DNA from: Pseudomonadota bacterium
GTDB lineage: Bacteria > Pseudomonadota > Alphaproteobacteria > Rhizobiales > Rhizobiaceae
Direction of reading: 5' to 3'
Length of the DNA: 64,000 bases
Assembly: GCA_038529265.1 (NCBI GenBank)
Contig: JBCBDX010000008.1
Location: 76,294 to 140,293 of the forward strand
Shown here: positions 47,953 through 56,453 of the stretch, in pieces
How the letters are laid out: each line of letters opens with the position of its first letter
Numbering within the stretch: position 1 is the stretch's first letter
The notes under the pieces: model-generated
What the model was told of the DNA's origin: nothing
The model's input: the letters and a program-made list of their open reading frames with translations, nothing else
Database searches by the model: none
Program-made: the position numbers and the translations under genes

Positions 47953-48466
47953 TGCTCATTTGCGATCAATTCAATACAGCGATGTAGCTTCACTTGACCA
48001 GCTTTATCCAGCCGCTTTTCCAGAAGAGGATTTACTCCCACTGGTGCGTGAACTGACTTTTTTCCCGGAGTTGGTCACAAGCTGGGTTGTTGAAATTAAC
48101 GATAAAATTATCGGGCATATTGCCTTTACACAATGCTCGATCGGCACTCAGGGTGAATTCTCCTTGCTTGGGCCGTTGGCTGTGGATACTGTGTTTCAGA
48201 AAAAAGGCTTGGGTAAGAAGCTAATCGAATTTGGTGTCGCTAACTTGCGCGCGCGCGGTGTCGCTGCCGTTTTTGTACTTGGTGATCCCAATTACTATTG
48301 CCGCAGTGGGTTCGCCGCAGAAAGATTGGTACTACCGCCCTTTTTGCTACCTGATGAATGGGATGGTGCCTGGCAATCCTTGAAGCTTGATGCAGTAGCT
48401 AAACAGGTTTCGGGAAAATTGACGGTTCCACCCGTTTGGAGCAAGAAGGAGCTTTGTTCCGGTTAA
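47942..48466 (+). CDS. GNAT family N-acetyltransferase
   Basis: LAVDTVFQKKGLGKKLI acetyl-CoA-binding motif. The ORF-track start at 47837 is inside the M20 gene, so GTG 47942 is proposed. The start is uncertain. Confidence 0.7.
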   Translation: MPLDAHLRSIQYSDVASLDQLYPAAFPEEDLLPLVRELTFFPELVTSWVVEINDKIIGHIAFTQCSIGTQGEFSLLGPLAVDTVFQKKGLGKKLIEFGVANLRARGVAAVFVLGDPNYYCRSGFAAERLVLPPFLLPDEWDGAWQSLKLDAVAKQVSGKLTVPPVWSKKELCSG

Positions 48467-48807
48467 TTGGCCGTTTCAATGCCATCGGGACAATAAAGCT
48501 CTTTCAGCACCGTGAGTACCGCAGTTACCTCGTTTCCCTTTAGCGAGTAAAAAATTGTCTGAGCCTCCCGCCGGGTTGCGACCAGCCCTGCTTCACGCAG
48601 CTTTTTCAAGTGATGTGACATTGTTGGTTGTGCCAAGTGGGCGAATTTAGCAAGCGGAACAACACTCCATTCATTTTCTGCCAACGCGCAAAGAATACGC
48701 AGCCGAACGGGGTTGGAAAGCATTTCCATTAACTTCGCCGCCTCGGTGATTTTTGGCGCAAGCTGATCCGCCATCATAGATGTATATTTAACATCTTGTA
48801 TATTCAT
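48463..48807 (-). CDS. ArsR/SmtB-family repressor of the BigR/SqrR (persulfide-sensing) type
   Basis: HTH PTMSHHLKKLREAGLV. Exactly two cysteines (RILCAL and LYCPD), 66 residues apart, which as I recall matches the BigR Cys pair. Divergent from YeeE/YedE plus an MBL hydrolase. The start is uncertain (48843, 48807 or 48777). Confidence 0.7.
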   Translation of the reverse strand: MNIQDVKYTSMMADQLAPKITEAAKLMEMLSNPVRLRILCALAENEWSVVPLAKFAHLAQPTMSHHLKKLREAGLVATRREAQTIFYSLKGNEVTAVLTVLKELYCPDGIETAN

Positions 48808-48852
48808 AGGCTTCAATATATCTTGTGCCAGTTCGAAAAGCAAGTTGTTGAA

Positions 48853-49296
48853 ATGGGATCTATGACCACAGAGTTTACACCCTATGCATCGTTGGCAGGT
48901 GGCATCTTGATCGGATTGTCAGCTGTTATTTTAATGCTTGTGCGGGGCCGCATTGCTGGCATGACCGGCATTTTCGCCGGCATTCTTCCGGGCGCAGGTA
49001 ATCAAGAGACTGGATGGCGCTTTGTGTTCCTCGCAGGCGCGATGGCCGCGCCGGTGCTATTTTTATTCGTTGGAGGGAGCGTACCTTTCGCAGTTCCCGT
49101 TTCCACAACGATGATGATTGTTGGCGGATTTATCGTCGGACTGGGCGTTACTTTTGGCGCAGGGTGCACCAGCGGTCATGGTGTCTGCGGTATCGCTCGT
49201 TTCTCACCGCGATCCATCGTTGCCACAGGCGTTTTCATGTTTGCCACTTATGTGACGGTCTATCTCGTCCGACACGTTTTGGGATTGGGAGCGTAG
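48853..49296 (+). CDS. YeeE/YedE-family sulfur-compound transporter half
   Basis: Four TM segments and a GAGCTSGHGVCG motif. Confidence 0.8.
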   Translation: MGSMTTEFTPYASLAGGILIGLSAVILMLVRGRIAGMTGIFAGILPGAGNQETGWRFVFLAGAMAAPVLFLFVGGSVPFAVPVSTTMMIVGGFIVGLGVTFGAGCTSGHGVCGIARFSPRSIVATGVFMFATYVTVYLVRHVLGLGA

Positions 49297-49300
49297 TGCG

Positions 49301-49735
49301 ATGAAGCATCTTCTGACGCTATTGGCAGGCGCATTATTTGGTATCGGAATCGCCATATCGGGCATGGCCAATCCAGCAAAAGTCGTGAACTTTTTTGATA
49401 TAGCGGGCAGTTGGGATCCAAGCCTGATCTTTGTGATGGGTGGTGCTTTGCTGACCACAATCATTGGCTATCGAATTGTCTTTGGAATACAGGCTGCGCC
49501 GCTATTTGAACCAAAGTTTTATTTGCCGGCTCGTCGTGACATTGATCCACAACTCGTCGGTGGGTCCGCTCTATTCGGTGTCGGTTGGGGTATCAGCGGC
49601 TTTTGTTCTGGTGGTGCTCTACCTGCTCTGGGTCTCGGGCATTGGGAAGTGCCAGTTTTTGTTGCGTCAATGTCTGTCGGCATCATCATTGCACGTACAA
49701 TTTTACATGGGCGAAGCAGTGTTGCGCCTGCCTAA
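49301..49735 (+). CDS. YeeE/YedE-family (DUF6691-like) membrane protein, second half
   Basis: 144 aa, four TM segments, GISGFCSGGAL motif. Starts 4 nt after the preceding gene. Confidence 0.75.
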   Translation: MKHLLTLLAGALFGIGIAISGMANPAKVVNFFDIAGSWDPSLIFVMGGALLTTIIGYRIVFGIQAAPLFEPKFYLPARRDIDPQLVGGSALFGVGWGISGFCSGGALPALGLGHWEVPVFVASMSVGIIIARTILHGRSSVAPA

Positions 49736-49768
49736 GGACTATTTAGCAACTTGAACGTGAGTGTTTTT

Positions 49769-50653
49769 ATGAATTCGTATCCGGTGAAGATGGATGAAGA
49801 GCCGGTCGTTCAAGCTTTCTTTGATCAGGCGACCAACACAATTAGCTATATTGTTGCTGATCCACGTTCCAATGCTTGCGCCGTCATCGATAGCGTTATG
49901 GATATAGACTATGCTGCTGGTCGAATTACCCATGCAAGTGCCGACATCATAATTGAGCAGATTGAAGCTCAGGGGCTAGCGCTAGAGTGGATTATCGAGA
50001 CGCATGTTCATGCCGACCATTTGTCAGCAGCGCCGTACATTCAAGAAAAGTTGGGCGGTAAAATCGGGATTGGTGCCAAGATTATTGAGGTTCAGGAAAC
50101 CTTCGGAAAAGTCTTCAACGAGGGTACCGAGTTCCAGCGTGACGGATCACAGTTTGACCAGCTTTTTGAAGATGGCGATGTTTATTCGATTGGTAGTCTA
50201 CAGGCGTTTGCGATCTATACGCCCGGCCACACACCAGCCTGCATGGTTCATGTGATCGGCAATGCCGCGTTTGTCGGTGATACGCTCTTTATGCCTGATG
50301 GCGGCTCTGCGCGGGCGGATTTTCCCGGCGGTGATGCGGGCTTGCTTTATGACAGCATTCAAAAAGTACTTGCCCTCCCAGACGAGATGCGCCTCTTCAT
50401 GTGCCACGATTACGGGCCAAATGGTCGTGCTATCGCTTGGGAAACCACGGTAGCTGAAGAGAAAAAACACAACGTTCATGTAGGTGCTGGCAAAACGAAG
50501 GAAGAGTTCATCCGGTTCCGCAATGAACGTGACGCTCAGTTGGCGGTGCCCAAATTGATCATTCCGTCTCTGCAGGTCAACATGCGCGCAGGGGCGGTTC
50601 CAACAGATGACGAAGGCAACCCAACGCTAAAGGTGCCGATAAACGGCTTGTAA
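49769..50653 (+). CDS. metallo-beta-lactamase-fold hydrolase (Blh/persulfide-dioxygenase-like)
   Basis: ETHVHADH (HxHxDH) motif, then TPGHTP and a later conserved D/H. Sulfide-detoxification context. The ORF-track start is 49751. Confidence 0.75.
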   Translation: MNSYPVKMDEEPVVQAFFDQATNTISYIVADPRSNACAVIDSVMDIDYAAGRITHASADIIIEQIEAQGLALEWIIETHVHADHLSAAPYIQEKLGGKIGIGAKIIEVQETFGKVFNEGTEFQRDGSQFDQLFEDGDVYSIGSLQAFAIYTPGHTPACMVHVIGNAAFVGDTLFMPDGGSARADFPGGDAGLLYDSIQKVLALPDEMRLFMCHDYGPNGRAIAWETTVAEEKKHNVHVGAGKTKEEFIRFRNERDAQLAVPKLIIPSLQVNMRAGAVPTDDEGNPTLKVPINGL

Positions 50654-50687
50654 GCTGCTATTGTAACTAAGCGCCAGTTCGAAACGC

Positions 50688-51254
50688 TCAACCGGACTTG
50701 TGCGCGAGTGAACCAATCATGACCTTTATCGCTTCGAACAACTGGCGGAGATGATCAACATCAACAGCATCGCGCTTTATCTGAGTGATCGTGCTTTTGA
50801 ACAACTCTGAAAGCGTGGCGAGTGAGACGCCTTTTTCAACAAACTGACGTTCAAATGGCGCAAGCGCAGTGCGGATTGTACTTTGATAGAGTTCTTTTAT
50901 TTCGGCGCGCCGTTCAGCAGAAAGCTGGCTTTCAATTTCAAGAATCTCTTCCAGATGCGGCAATGTCTGCATGGCTTCATAAGGCTTGTCGACGAGATGG
51001 CGATAAAGAATGTCCAATCGCTCTGACAAGTCTAGCGCGGTTGCGCACTCGCGCTCAACGGATGCTCTTGCTTGGTCCGCATAGTGCAGGAAGGCTGCAA
51101 ATATCAGATCGTCTTTGCCCTTGAATGCATTATAGACTGTTTGCCGAGCAATGCCTGCGGCGGCGGCCACCTCATTCATCGATGTTTTGCTAACACCATA
51201 GTGAGCAAATAGCCCAAAAGCTGCCTCTATGATCTTTACATCGCGATCCCGCAT
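50688..51254 (-). CDS. TetR/AcrR family transcriptional regulator
   Basis: N-terminal HTH FAHYGVSKTSMNEVAAAAGIARQTVYNAF. Confidence 0.85.
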   Translation of the reverse strand: MRDRDVKIIEAAFGLFAHYGVSKTSMNEVAAAAGIARQTVYNAFKGKDDLIFAAFLHYADQARASVERECATALDLSERLDILYRHLVDKPYEAMQTLPHLEEILEIESQLSAERRAEIKELYQSTIRTALAPFERQFVEKGVSLATLSELFKSTITQIKRDAVDVDHLRQLFEAIKVMIGSLAHKSG

Positions 51255-51330
51255 AGATTCGAACTAGACATTCGCAGCTTGTCTGTCAATTTCACGTGTT
51301 TATGTGGACAGCATAGATATATTTGTGAAA

Positions 51331-52617
51331 TCAAACCGGAATAGAGATGCGCGCTCGAAAGCCGTTCTCCAATTGTTTGAATTCCAGCCTTCCGCCATTG
51401 GCATGCACCGCTTCCTGTGTGATCGCCAAACCCAAACCCGATCCGTTGCCACCGCGTGCCTCATCACCGCGAGCAAAAGGTCTTAGCAATGAGGCAACTT
51501 CATCTTCATTCAACCCTTTTCCGGAATCGATGATATCTATGTAAACCTCATTTTCGGTACGTCCTGCGGAAGCAACTATCGGCTGCTGACCGTAGATGGT
51601 GGCGTTTTTCATTAGGTTGCCAACAGCGCGCAAAAGAGCATTCGGTTTTGCGTGAATATTCAGATCTTGGTCAACTCTAATCTCGATTTCATCTTCCATA
51701 ACAGTGTTGTCAGCAGCATCTTGGATGAGCGCGTTTGCCGATAGATCACGTGACGCTTCGGCTTCAAAGCCACGTGCATACTCCAAAAACTGCCCAAGCA
51801 TCGCCTCGATACGATTTACCTGAGCGACCGCTCCTTCCAATAGCGCTGGCTCTGCATTCTTGAACAATGCAATGGACAATCGCAGCTTTGTCAGAGGAGT
51901 GCGTAAGTCATGACTTACACCAGCAAGCATAAGCGCCCTGTCTGCTTCGGCTTGGCGAAGTCTGGCAGACATGTTGTTAAGTGCCTTTGAGACAGCTGCG
52001 ATTTCGCGAGGACCAGTCTCGTCTAACTCTTTGGCCATCAGTGGTGAGTTGAATTCGGCAACATGATTTTCCAACGCCTGAAGCGGTCGCGCCAATTGCC
52101 TGTATAAGGCGAGGCTTCCAATCAGCGCTGAGATAACGCCCACGAAAGCAGCCATTACATAACCATATTGTGGCGTAAAAGCTTGAAGGGTTTGGATCGT
52201 AACCCAAGTCTCGTTGAATGGGTAATCAAGGGGCATCCATATCTTTCCGTCCGAGCCCATAATGATTTCGCTCTCAGGGATATGGAGGTTTTTCAGGATA
52301 AGACCCTGCTTCAAGCGACGTGCGACCAGGTTTAGGGCCATGCGAGGCTCTGGTGGAGGGCCTCTTTCAATTGTTACGGGAAAGTCATTCTCCAAATCTG
52401 CAGCTGCAACCAGGTTTTCCCATTGTGAGTAACTGGTCTTGTCAAGAGACGTAGTGACCAGTGTTACGAGGCCGGTAATTGCCGATGAATTTCGGTCAAC
52501 TTGGGGAATGATAATGAAAAATGCTGTCAATATCGCGGACAAGGCTAGCGCACTGAAGACCGATACCACCAAAACAGCGATATTTTGTTTGAACAGCGTG
52601 TCAAACATCATCCCCAA
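51331..52617 (-). CDS. EnvZ-type sensor histidine kinase (2 TM, periplasmic loop, HAMP, HisKA, HATPase)
   Basis: H-box GVSHDLRTPLT, N-box and G-boxes (DSGKGL, GSGLGLAI). 17-nt overlap with the response-regulator gene. Confidence 0.88.
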   Translation of the reverse strand: MGMMFDTLFKQNIAVLVVSVFSALALSAILTAFFIIIPQVDRNSSAITGLVTLVTTSLDKTSYSQWENLVAAADLENDFPVTIERGPPPEPRMALNLVARRLKQGLILKNLHIPESEIIMGSDGKIWMPLDYPFNETWVTIQTLQAFTPQYGYVMAAFVGVISALIGSLALYRQLARPLQALENHVAEFNSPLMAKELDETGPREIAAVSKALNNMSARLRQAEADRALMLAGVSHDLRTPLTKLRLSIALFKNAEPALLEGAVAQVNRIEAMLGQFLEYARGFEAEASRDLSANALIQDAADNTVMEDEIEIRVDQDLNIHAKPNALLRAVGNLMKNATIYGQQPIVASAGRTENEVYIDIIDSGKGLNEDEVASLLRPFARGDEARGGNGSGLGLAITQEAVHANGGRLEFKQLENGFRARISIPV

Positions 52618-53308
52618 CCATCATGTAACCCGTCCCCCAAATCGTCTTGATCAGTTCCGGAGTGTCGCCAACATCGCCAATTGCTTTCCTCAGGCGTGCG
52701 ACTTGCACATCAATAGCCCGATCAGTCACTGCCAAATCATGACCGTGGACGCGATCTATAATTTGAGCCCTCGTCAGCGGTCGACCACGGCTTTGTAGGA
52801 GTACTGCCAGCAAAGCGAATTCGCGACTTGAAAGCGGAAGAGTTTCATTATCCCGCTTGACGACCATAGTTGAAAAATTCACTTCCAGCGGTCCAATTGT
52901 CACTGTTTGTTCACTGGTTATCGGACTCGTGTTTTTGGTGCGGCGACGCACAGCATTAATTCTGGCGACTAACTCTCGGGGTTCAAAAGGTTTGGCCAGA
53001 TAGTCATCAGCCCCTGACTCCAAGCCAATGATCTTGTCAATTGGATCACCTTTGGCCGTCAACATGATGATTGGGATTTGTTCTCCATCTACCCGAAGCC
53101 GTCGACATATCGTCAATCCATCCTCTCCGGGCATCATCAGGTCGAGAACGATAACGTCAGCGGGATGTCTCGCCAGTTCGCGGCGCATGCTGCTACCACC
53201 ATCGACCGCGCGTGTTTCGAAACCATGTTCAGTCAGAAAACGACGCAGAAGAGCGCGCAGCTCCGGATCGTCATCCACTACTAGTACTCTGTCGGCTTGC
53301 TTATTCAT
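52601..53308 (-). CDS. OmpR/PhoB-family response regulator
   Basis: Receiver (VLVVDDD...VIVLDLMMPGEDG) plus a winged-helix output (IKTIWGTGYMM). Confidence 0.9.
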   Translation of the reverse strand: MNKQADRVLVVDDDPELRALLRRFLTEHGFETRAVDGGSSMRRELARHPADVIVLDLMMPGEDGLTICRRLRVDGEQIPIIMLTAKGDPIDKIIGLESGADDYLAKPFEPRELVARINAVRRRTKNTSPITSEQTVTIGPLEVNFSTMVVKRDNETLPLSSREFALLAVLLQSRGRPLTRAQIIDRVHGHDLAVTDRAIDVQVARLRKAIGDVGDTPELIKTIWGTGYMMVGDDV

Positions 53309-53350
53309 GTTTTCGTCTTCTCACACACATCCATCTCTAGCAGACTTAAA

Positions 53351-53400
53351 ATGTTACAGGATGTGACGGCGTGTCCGCTCCGTAACAAGTCGTTGCACTT
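53351..53400. promoter_or_regulatory. five 10-bp-phased GT-rich repeats in the divergent promoter region (candidate OmpR-family binding array)
   Basis: aTGTTACAgg aTGTGACGgc gTGTCCGCtc cGTAACAAgt cGTTGCACtt. The hexamer-like units recur at exactly 10-bp spacing. Confidence 0.4.
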
Positions 53401-53503
53401 GGCTGCCACCGCGCAACATTTTTGGAACTTCGTGGCTTCATAAGAAACTTAACGCGTTCGGCAGCTTGCTTTGTCGACGTAAATGAGCCGCTAAGGAAAA
53501 CGA

Positions 53504-53827
53504 ATGACAAACAAGACAATAAGCAAAAAATGCATGCCCCTTCTTTCATCAGCTATTATTTTGTCATCGATGTCTGCTTCGTTGGCTCAAGCTGATCAGG
53601 TCAATGCTCCTTTGGCTATGGAAAACTACATCCAGGCAGACACCAACGGTGATACGATGTTGACGCTGGACGAGTTCTCCAAATTTATTGACTTGAATGC
53701 CGACGATGGCCTGGGTCGAGCGGGCATGATCAGAGACCGCGGTATGCATGGCTTTGCGTTCAGGCGCGTCGATGCCAACTCTGATGGCTTGATAGCCCCG
53801 GAAGAACTCTCTGCAATGGCACAATAG
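53504..53827 (+). CDS. exported EF-hand calcium-binding protein
   Basis: Signal peptide (LLSSAIILSSMSASLAQA) and two EF-hand loops (DTNGDTMLTLDEF and DANSDGLIAPEEL). Confidence 0.85.
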   Translation: MTNKTISKKCMPLLSSAIILSSMSASLAQADQVNAPLAMENYIQADTNGDTMLTLDEFSKFIDLNADDGLGRAGMIRDRGMHGFAFRRVDANSDGLIAPEELSAMAQ

Positions 53828-53876
53828 ATCCCCCGTCCAAGCTGGGTGCACAGTCGCCTGGTCGTGTATTGCAGAT

Positions 53877-53910
53877 GGCCTGCCCAAGTCTCCTAGGGCA
53901 GGCCTTTTTT
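53877..53910 (+). terminator. intrinsic terminator after the EF-hand gene
   Basis: GGCCTGCCC-10 nt-GGGCAGGCC (perfect 9-bp stem) followed by TTTTTT. Confidence 0.8.
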
Positions 53911-54051
53911 ATGTAATTTCAGTATTTTGTTAGCGTAAATCTCTGTGACGCGAGTGTGCAACATTTTGTAGCATCTTTCGTTTTCAACGACACATTCATG
54001 CAATAGCGCCAACTCAAGTTAGTCAGGCAATGACTTAACGTGGAGAAAAAG

Positions 54052-54372
54052 ATGCGCCCGACAGCGCTTGCCGGTACGATTTCCATTGATGCCAACAGCC
54101 TAAACAAAGTGGCGTTGAGCAATCAGAGCGATGCAAAACCAATGCACCACAAGCGTCGCCATTATATTCTTTGTCGCGGCGTTCTTGTGGGTCCAAACAC
54201 AACTGTAGCTGTGGAAGGTAGTAATAGCTCGGCTTCAAAGTCGCGTTTGGTTGCAGGCCACGGTAACTGCATTTGGAGTGCAAAGCGTTCACCTAGCGTC
54301 ACGAAATACATACCGCTGTCATCTGCTCAGGAAATGGCAGCTTTGATGCCGCCACACGAACCAGCACCGTAA
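54052..54372 (+). CDS. doubtful ORF (hypothetical, 106 aa)
   Basis: ATG 54052 is preceded by GGAGAAAAAG. It has no signal peptide, no recognisable motif and no clear third-position bias. It is listed only because the 630-bp gap is otherwise empty. Confidence 0.25.
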   Translation: MRPTALAGTISIDANSLNKVALSNQSDAKPMHHKRRHYILCRGVLVGPNTTVAVEGSNSSASKSRLVAGHGNCIWSAKRSPSVTKYIPLSSAQEMAALMPPHEPAP

Positions 54373-54459
54373 CCGGCCAGTGTGTCGACTGACCGCCACA
54401 GATCGTATCAAATCTAGGGAATATTATTGCGCACAAAAGGGTAGAAGGGATCAAGGTCG

Positions 54460-54984
54460 ATGAAAACCAAAGCGAAGTGTTCCATCATTGCCGCTGGCTT
54501 GGCGCTGCCACTGTCAATTGCACTCATGTCCACTTTAGACCCATCCAATCCACTTCATTGCGTTCCCGAATCCAAGCCTGCTGTTGAGCTGCAAGCGAGG
54601 GCCTGCGCTCATGAGAGTGAGGTTCGTTATAAGTCCATGTTTGGGCGTCGTTTCCTGCACCTTGGCGATGTGTTCAGTAGACTAGAGCTGAAGCATGACC
54701 AGAAAGAGTTGGGCCATAGCTATAGCGTTGCCGGACACTTCCCATCCTTTGAGATTGGTGACACGATTTCAATTCTCCACGCTCCAAATGGTGACCGTTT
54801 TATTGGGGTTAACAGCTTGGTGGCTTCAAATAGCGAAAGCGTCGTTTTGCCCTTTGGTTGGACATTGAAGACGCATGAACTTTCAAACTCCATAGAGACC
54901 GAGCTCATCAGGCAAATGTTGGCCTTTTATTTCGATGATATGGCTACTGAACAAGAACTGATTACTGCAGAAAAGGGCGTGTAG
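54460..54984 (+). CDS. secreted hypothetical protein, paralog A of a tandem pair
   Basis: Signal peptide MKTKAKCSIIAAGLALPLSIALMS. Shares FGRRFLHLGDV, HAPNGDRFIGVN and PFGWTL blocks with the next gene. Confidence 0.7.
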   Translation: MKTKAKCSIIAAGLALPLSIALMSTLDPSNPLHCVPESKPAVELQARACAHESEVRYKSMFGRRFLHLGDVFSRLELKHDQKELGHSYSVAGHFPSFEIGDTISILHAPNGDRFIGVNSLVASNSESVVLPFGWTLKTHELSNSIETELIRQMLAFYFDDMATEQELITAEKGV

Positions 54985-55063
54985 CACGGCAAACTAACGC
55001 GCGGATTTGAGCTTTTCCGATTGCTAATCTGATTTTGGGGCTGCCATTTCAGGAATAGGGCTA

Positions 55064-55747
55064 ATGAAACGAAAACTTAAAGTAGCTGTTCTTGCGATCT
55101 GTTCGATGCTACCTTTGTCAGTGGCACTCATAGCTACTGGGAATTCTCGTGAGATACATAATTGCGTTGCAAAAGCTCCCAGTGGCAATGGCGGCCAAGT
55201 TGGATTTGAATTGATCGACATCGCTCATTGGCAGGCTTGGGTCACGCTCGATTGGACGTTGCATGAGTATGAAAAATTCTCACCAGGTTTGCTGGCCCTG
55301 AACATAATAAAGAATGATCCTCGCAAAGGCTTTGCCAGCAGTATGGAGGTCATCAAGTCGCCCGGATGTGAGGCCGACGGCGAATTCAGTTACACTGAAG
55401 CTTTTGGGCGCCGGTTTTTTCATATCGCGGATATCGTCAAACGTTCTAAGCCTGCTGACGACGCTGGTCTGATTACTGAAGCCAGGGTCGAAAAATACCA
55501 TCAACTAAACTTCAGTGCAGGGAGCGTGATCTCGGTTTTGCTGGCGCCCAATGGCGATCAGTTTTTTGGAGTTAATGAGGTCGTACGCGATCTGTTTGTT
55601 GCGCCGAAAATCCCAGAAGGTTGGACGCTCTACGATCACATACCAACCGAGTCGATTACAATTGATCTAAGCGGACAGGTTCGGGTTTTGCGCTTGAGCA
55701 ATGGCTCGTCTTATCAGGCTGTGTTTCAAGGCGGACCTGATGCGTAA
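55064..55747 (+). CDS. secreted hypothetical protein, paralog B (with a ~55-aa N-terminal insertion)
   Basis: Signal peptide MKRKLKVAVLAICSMLPLSVALIA. FGRRFFHIADI, LAPNGDQFFGVN and PEGWTL blocks are collinear with paralog A. Confidence 0.7.
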   Translation: MKRKLKVAVLAICSMLPLSVALIATGNSREIHNCVAKAPSGNGGQVGFELIDIAHWQAWVTLDWTLHEYEKFSPGLLALNIIKNDPRKGFASSMEVIKSPGCEADGEFSYTEAFGRRFFHIADIVKRSKPADDAGLITEARVEKYHQLNFSAGSVISVLLAPNGDQFFGVNEVVRDLFVAPKIPEGWTLYDHIPTESITIDLSGQVRVLRLSNGSSYQAVFQGGPDA

Positions 55748-56360
55748 GTCTGCAAAGCTTTGGTTCGCTCTCGTCCTTTCGTTTGCAACATTCTTTGTTT
55801 GGCATCAGTCTTGGACAGCGCCGTTGACAGATGCAGAAGTTCAGACTGCTGTTGAACGAATGGGTGTCGTGAATGTGTCTGGTGATTTGAATCAGGCTGC
55901 CATTATTGATTTCTTCCTGTCGGACGACGGACGTCCATTTTATATGATCAATCTGAACAAGTTTCAGGAAGGTGTGTTGAACCCGGACTTAGACAATCCC
56001 GATGAGGTTGCAGCATTTGATGCCAACCGCCGCTATGGCCTTCATATGCTGCCTCGTCTGCTCTGGAGTGCCAGTTATCCAGTACTTTCAGTGCCGCGCA
56101 TCTCTACAATATCGGATTCCTTTGAAACCGGTCTCGTTGAGTTCGACTACCTAACAGTCGTCCGTTACAGAAGCAGGCGCGACTTTCTGGCCATTATAGA
56201 GACCGAGAGTTTTCACGACGCTGTTGGGGACAAGTTTTTCTCGCTAGAAGCGTTCGCTGCTTCACCATCTGAAATACGCCCGTCCTTTTCTTTGCCCGTC
56301 ATTGTAGGTGGTTTTCATGTTTTGGTTGGCGCTCTTGGACAGTTTTGGATTGGGCGCTGA
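55740..56360 (+). CDS. hypothetical protein with N- and C-terminal TM helices
   Basis: ATG 55740 overlaps the stop of paralog B (ATGCGTAA). MRKSAKLWFALVLSFATFFVW anchor and C-terminal PVIVGGFHVLVGALGQFWIG. The middle part loosely resembles a DUF1330/dimeric alpha-beta-barrel fold (weak impression). Confidence 0.6.
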   Translation: MRKSAKLWFALVLSFATFFVWHQSWTAPLTDAEVQTAVERMGVVNVSGDLNQAAIIDFFLSDDGRPFYMINLNKFQEGVLNPDLDNPDEVAAFDANRRYGLHMLPRLLWSASYPVLSVPRISTISDSFETGLVEFDYLTVVRYRSRRDFLAIIETESFHDAVGDKFFSLEAFAASPSEIRPSFSLPVIVGGFHVLVGALGQFWIGR

Positions 56361-56453
56361 GAGAACGCATCGCCCATTTCGTAAAATAGCTGATTGCCAA
56401 ATTGCTGTTTAAAACTACAAGTTGGAGCTCTCGATTGAGGTAAGGGCAAATTC

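Noticed and set aside
51255-51330. Inverted repeat ATTTCAC...GTGAAAT (7-bp arms about 29 nt apart) between the TetR start and the HK stop, as a TetR operator or terminator
   Set aside because: The arms are short and far apart, there is no U-tract, and such matches are expected by chance in 76 bp. Not reported as a feature.
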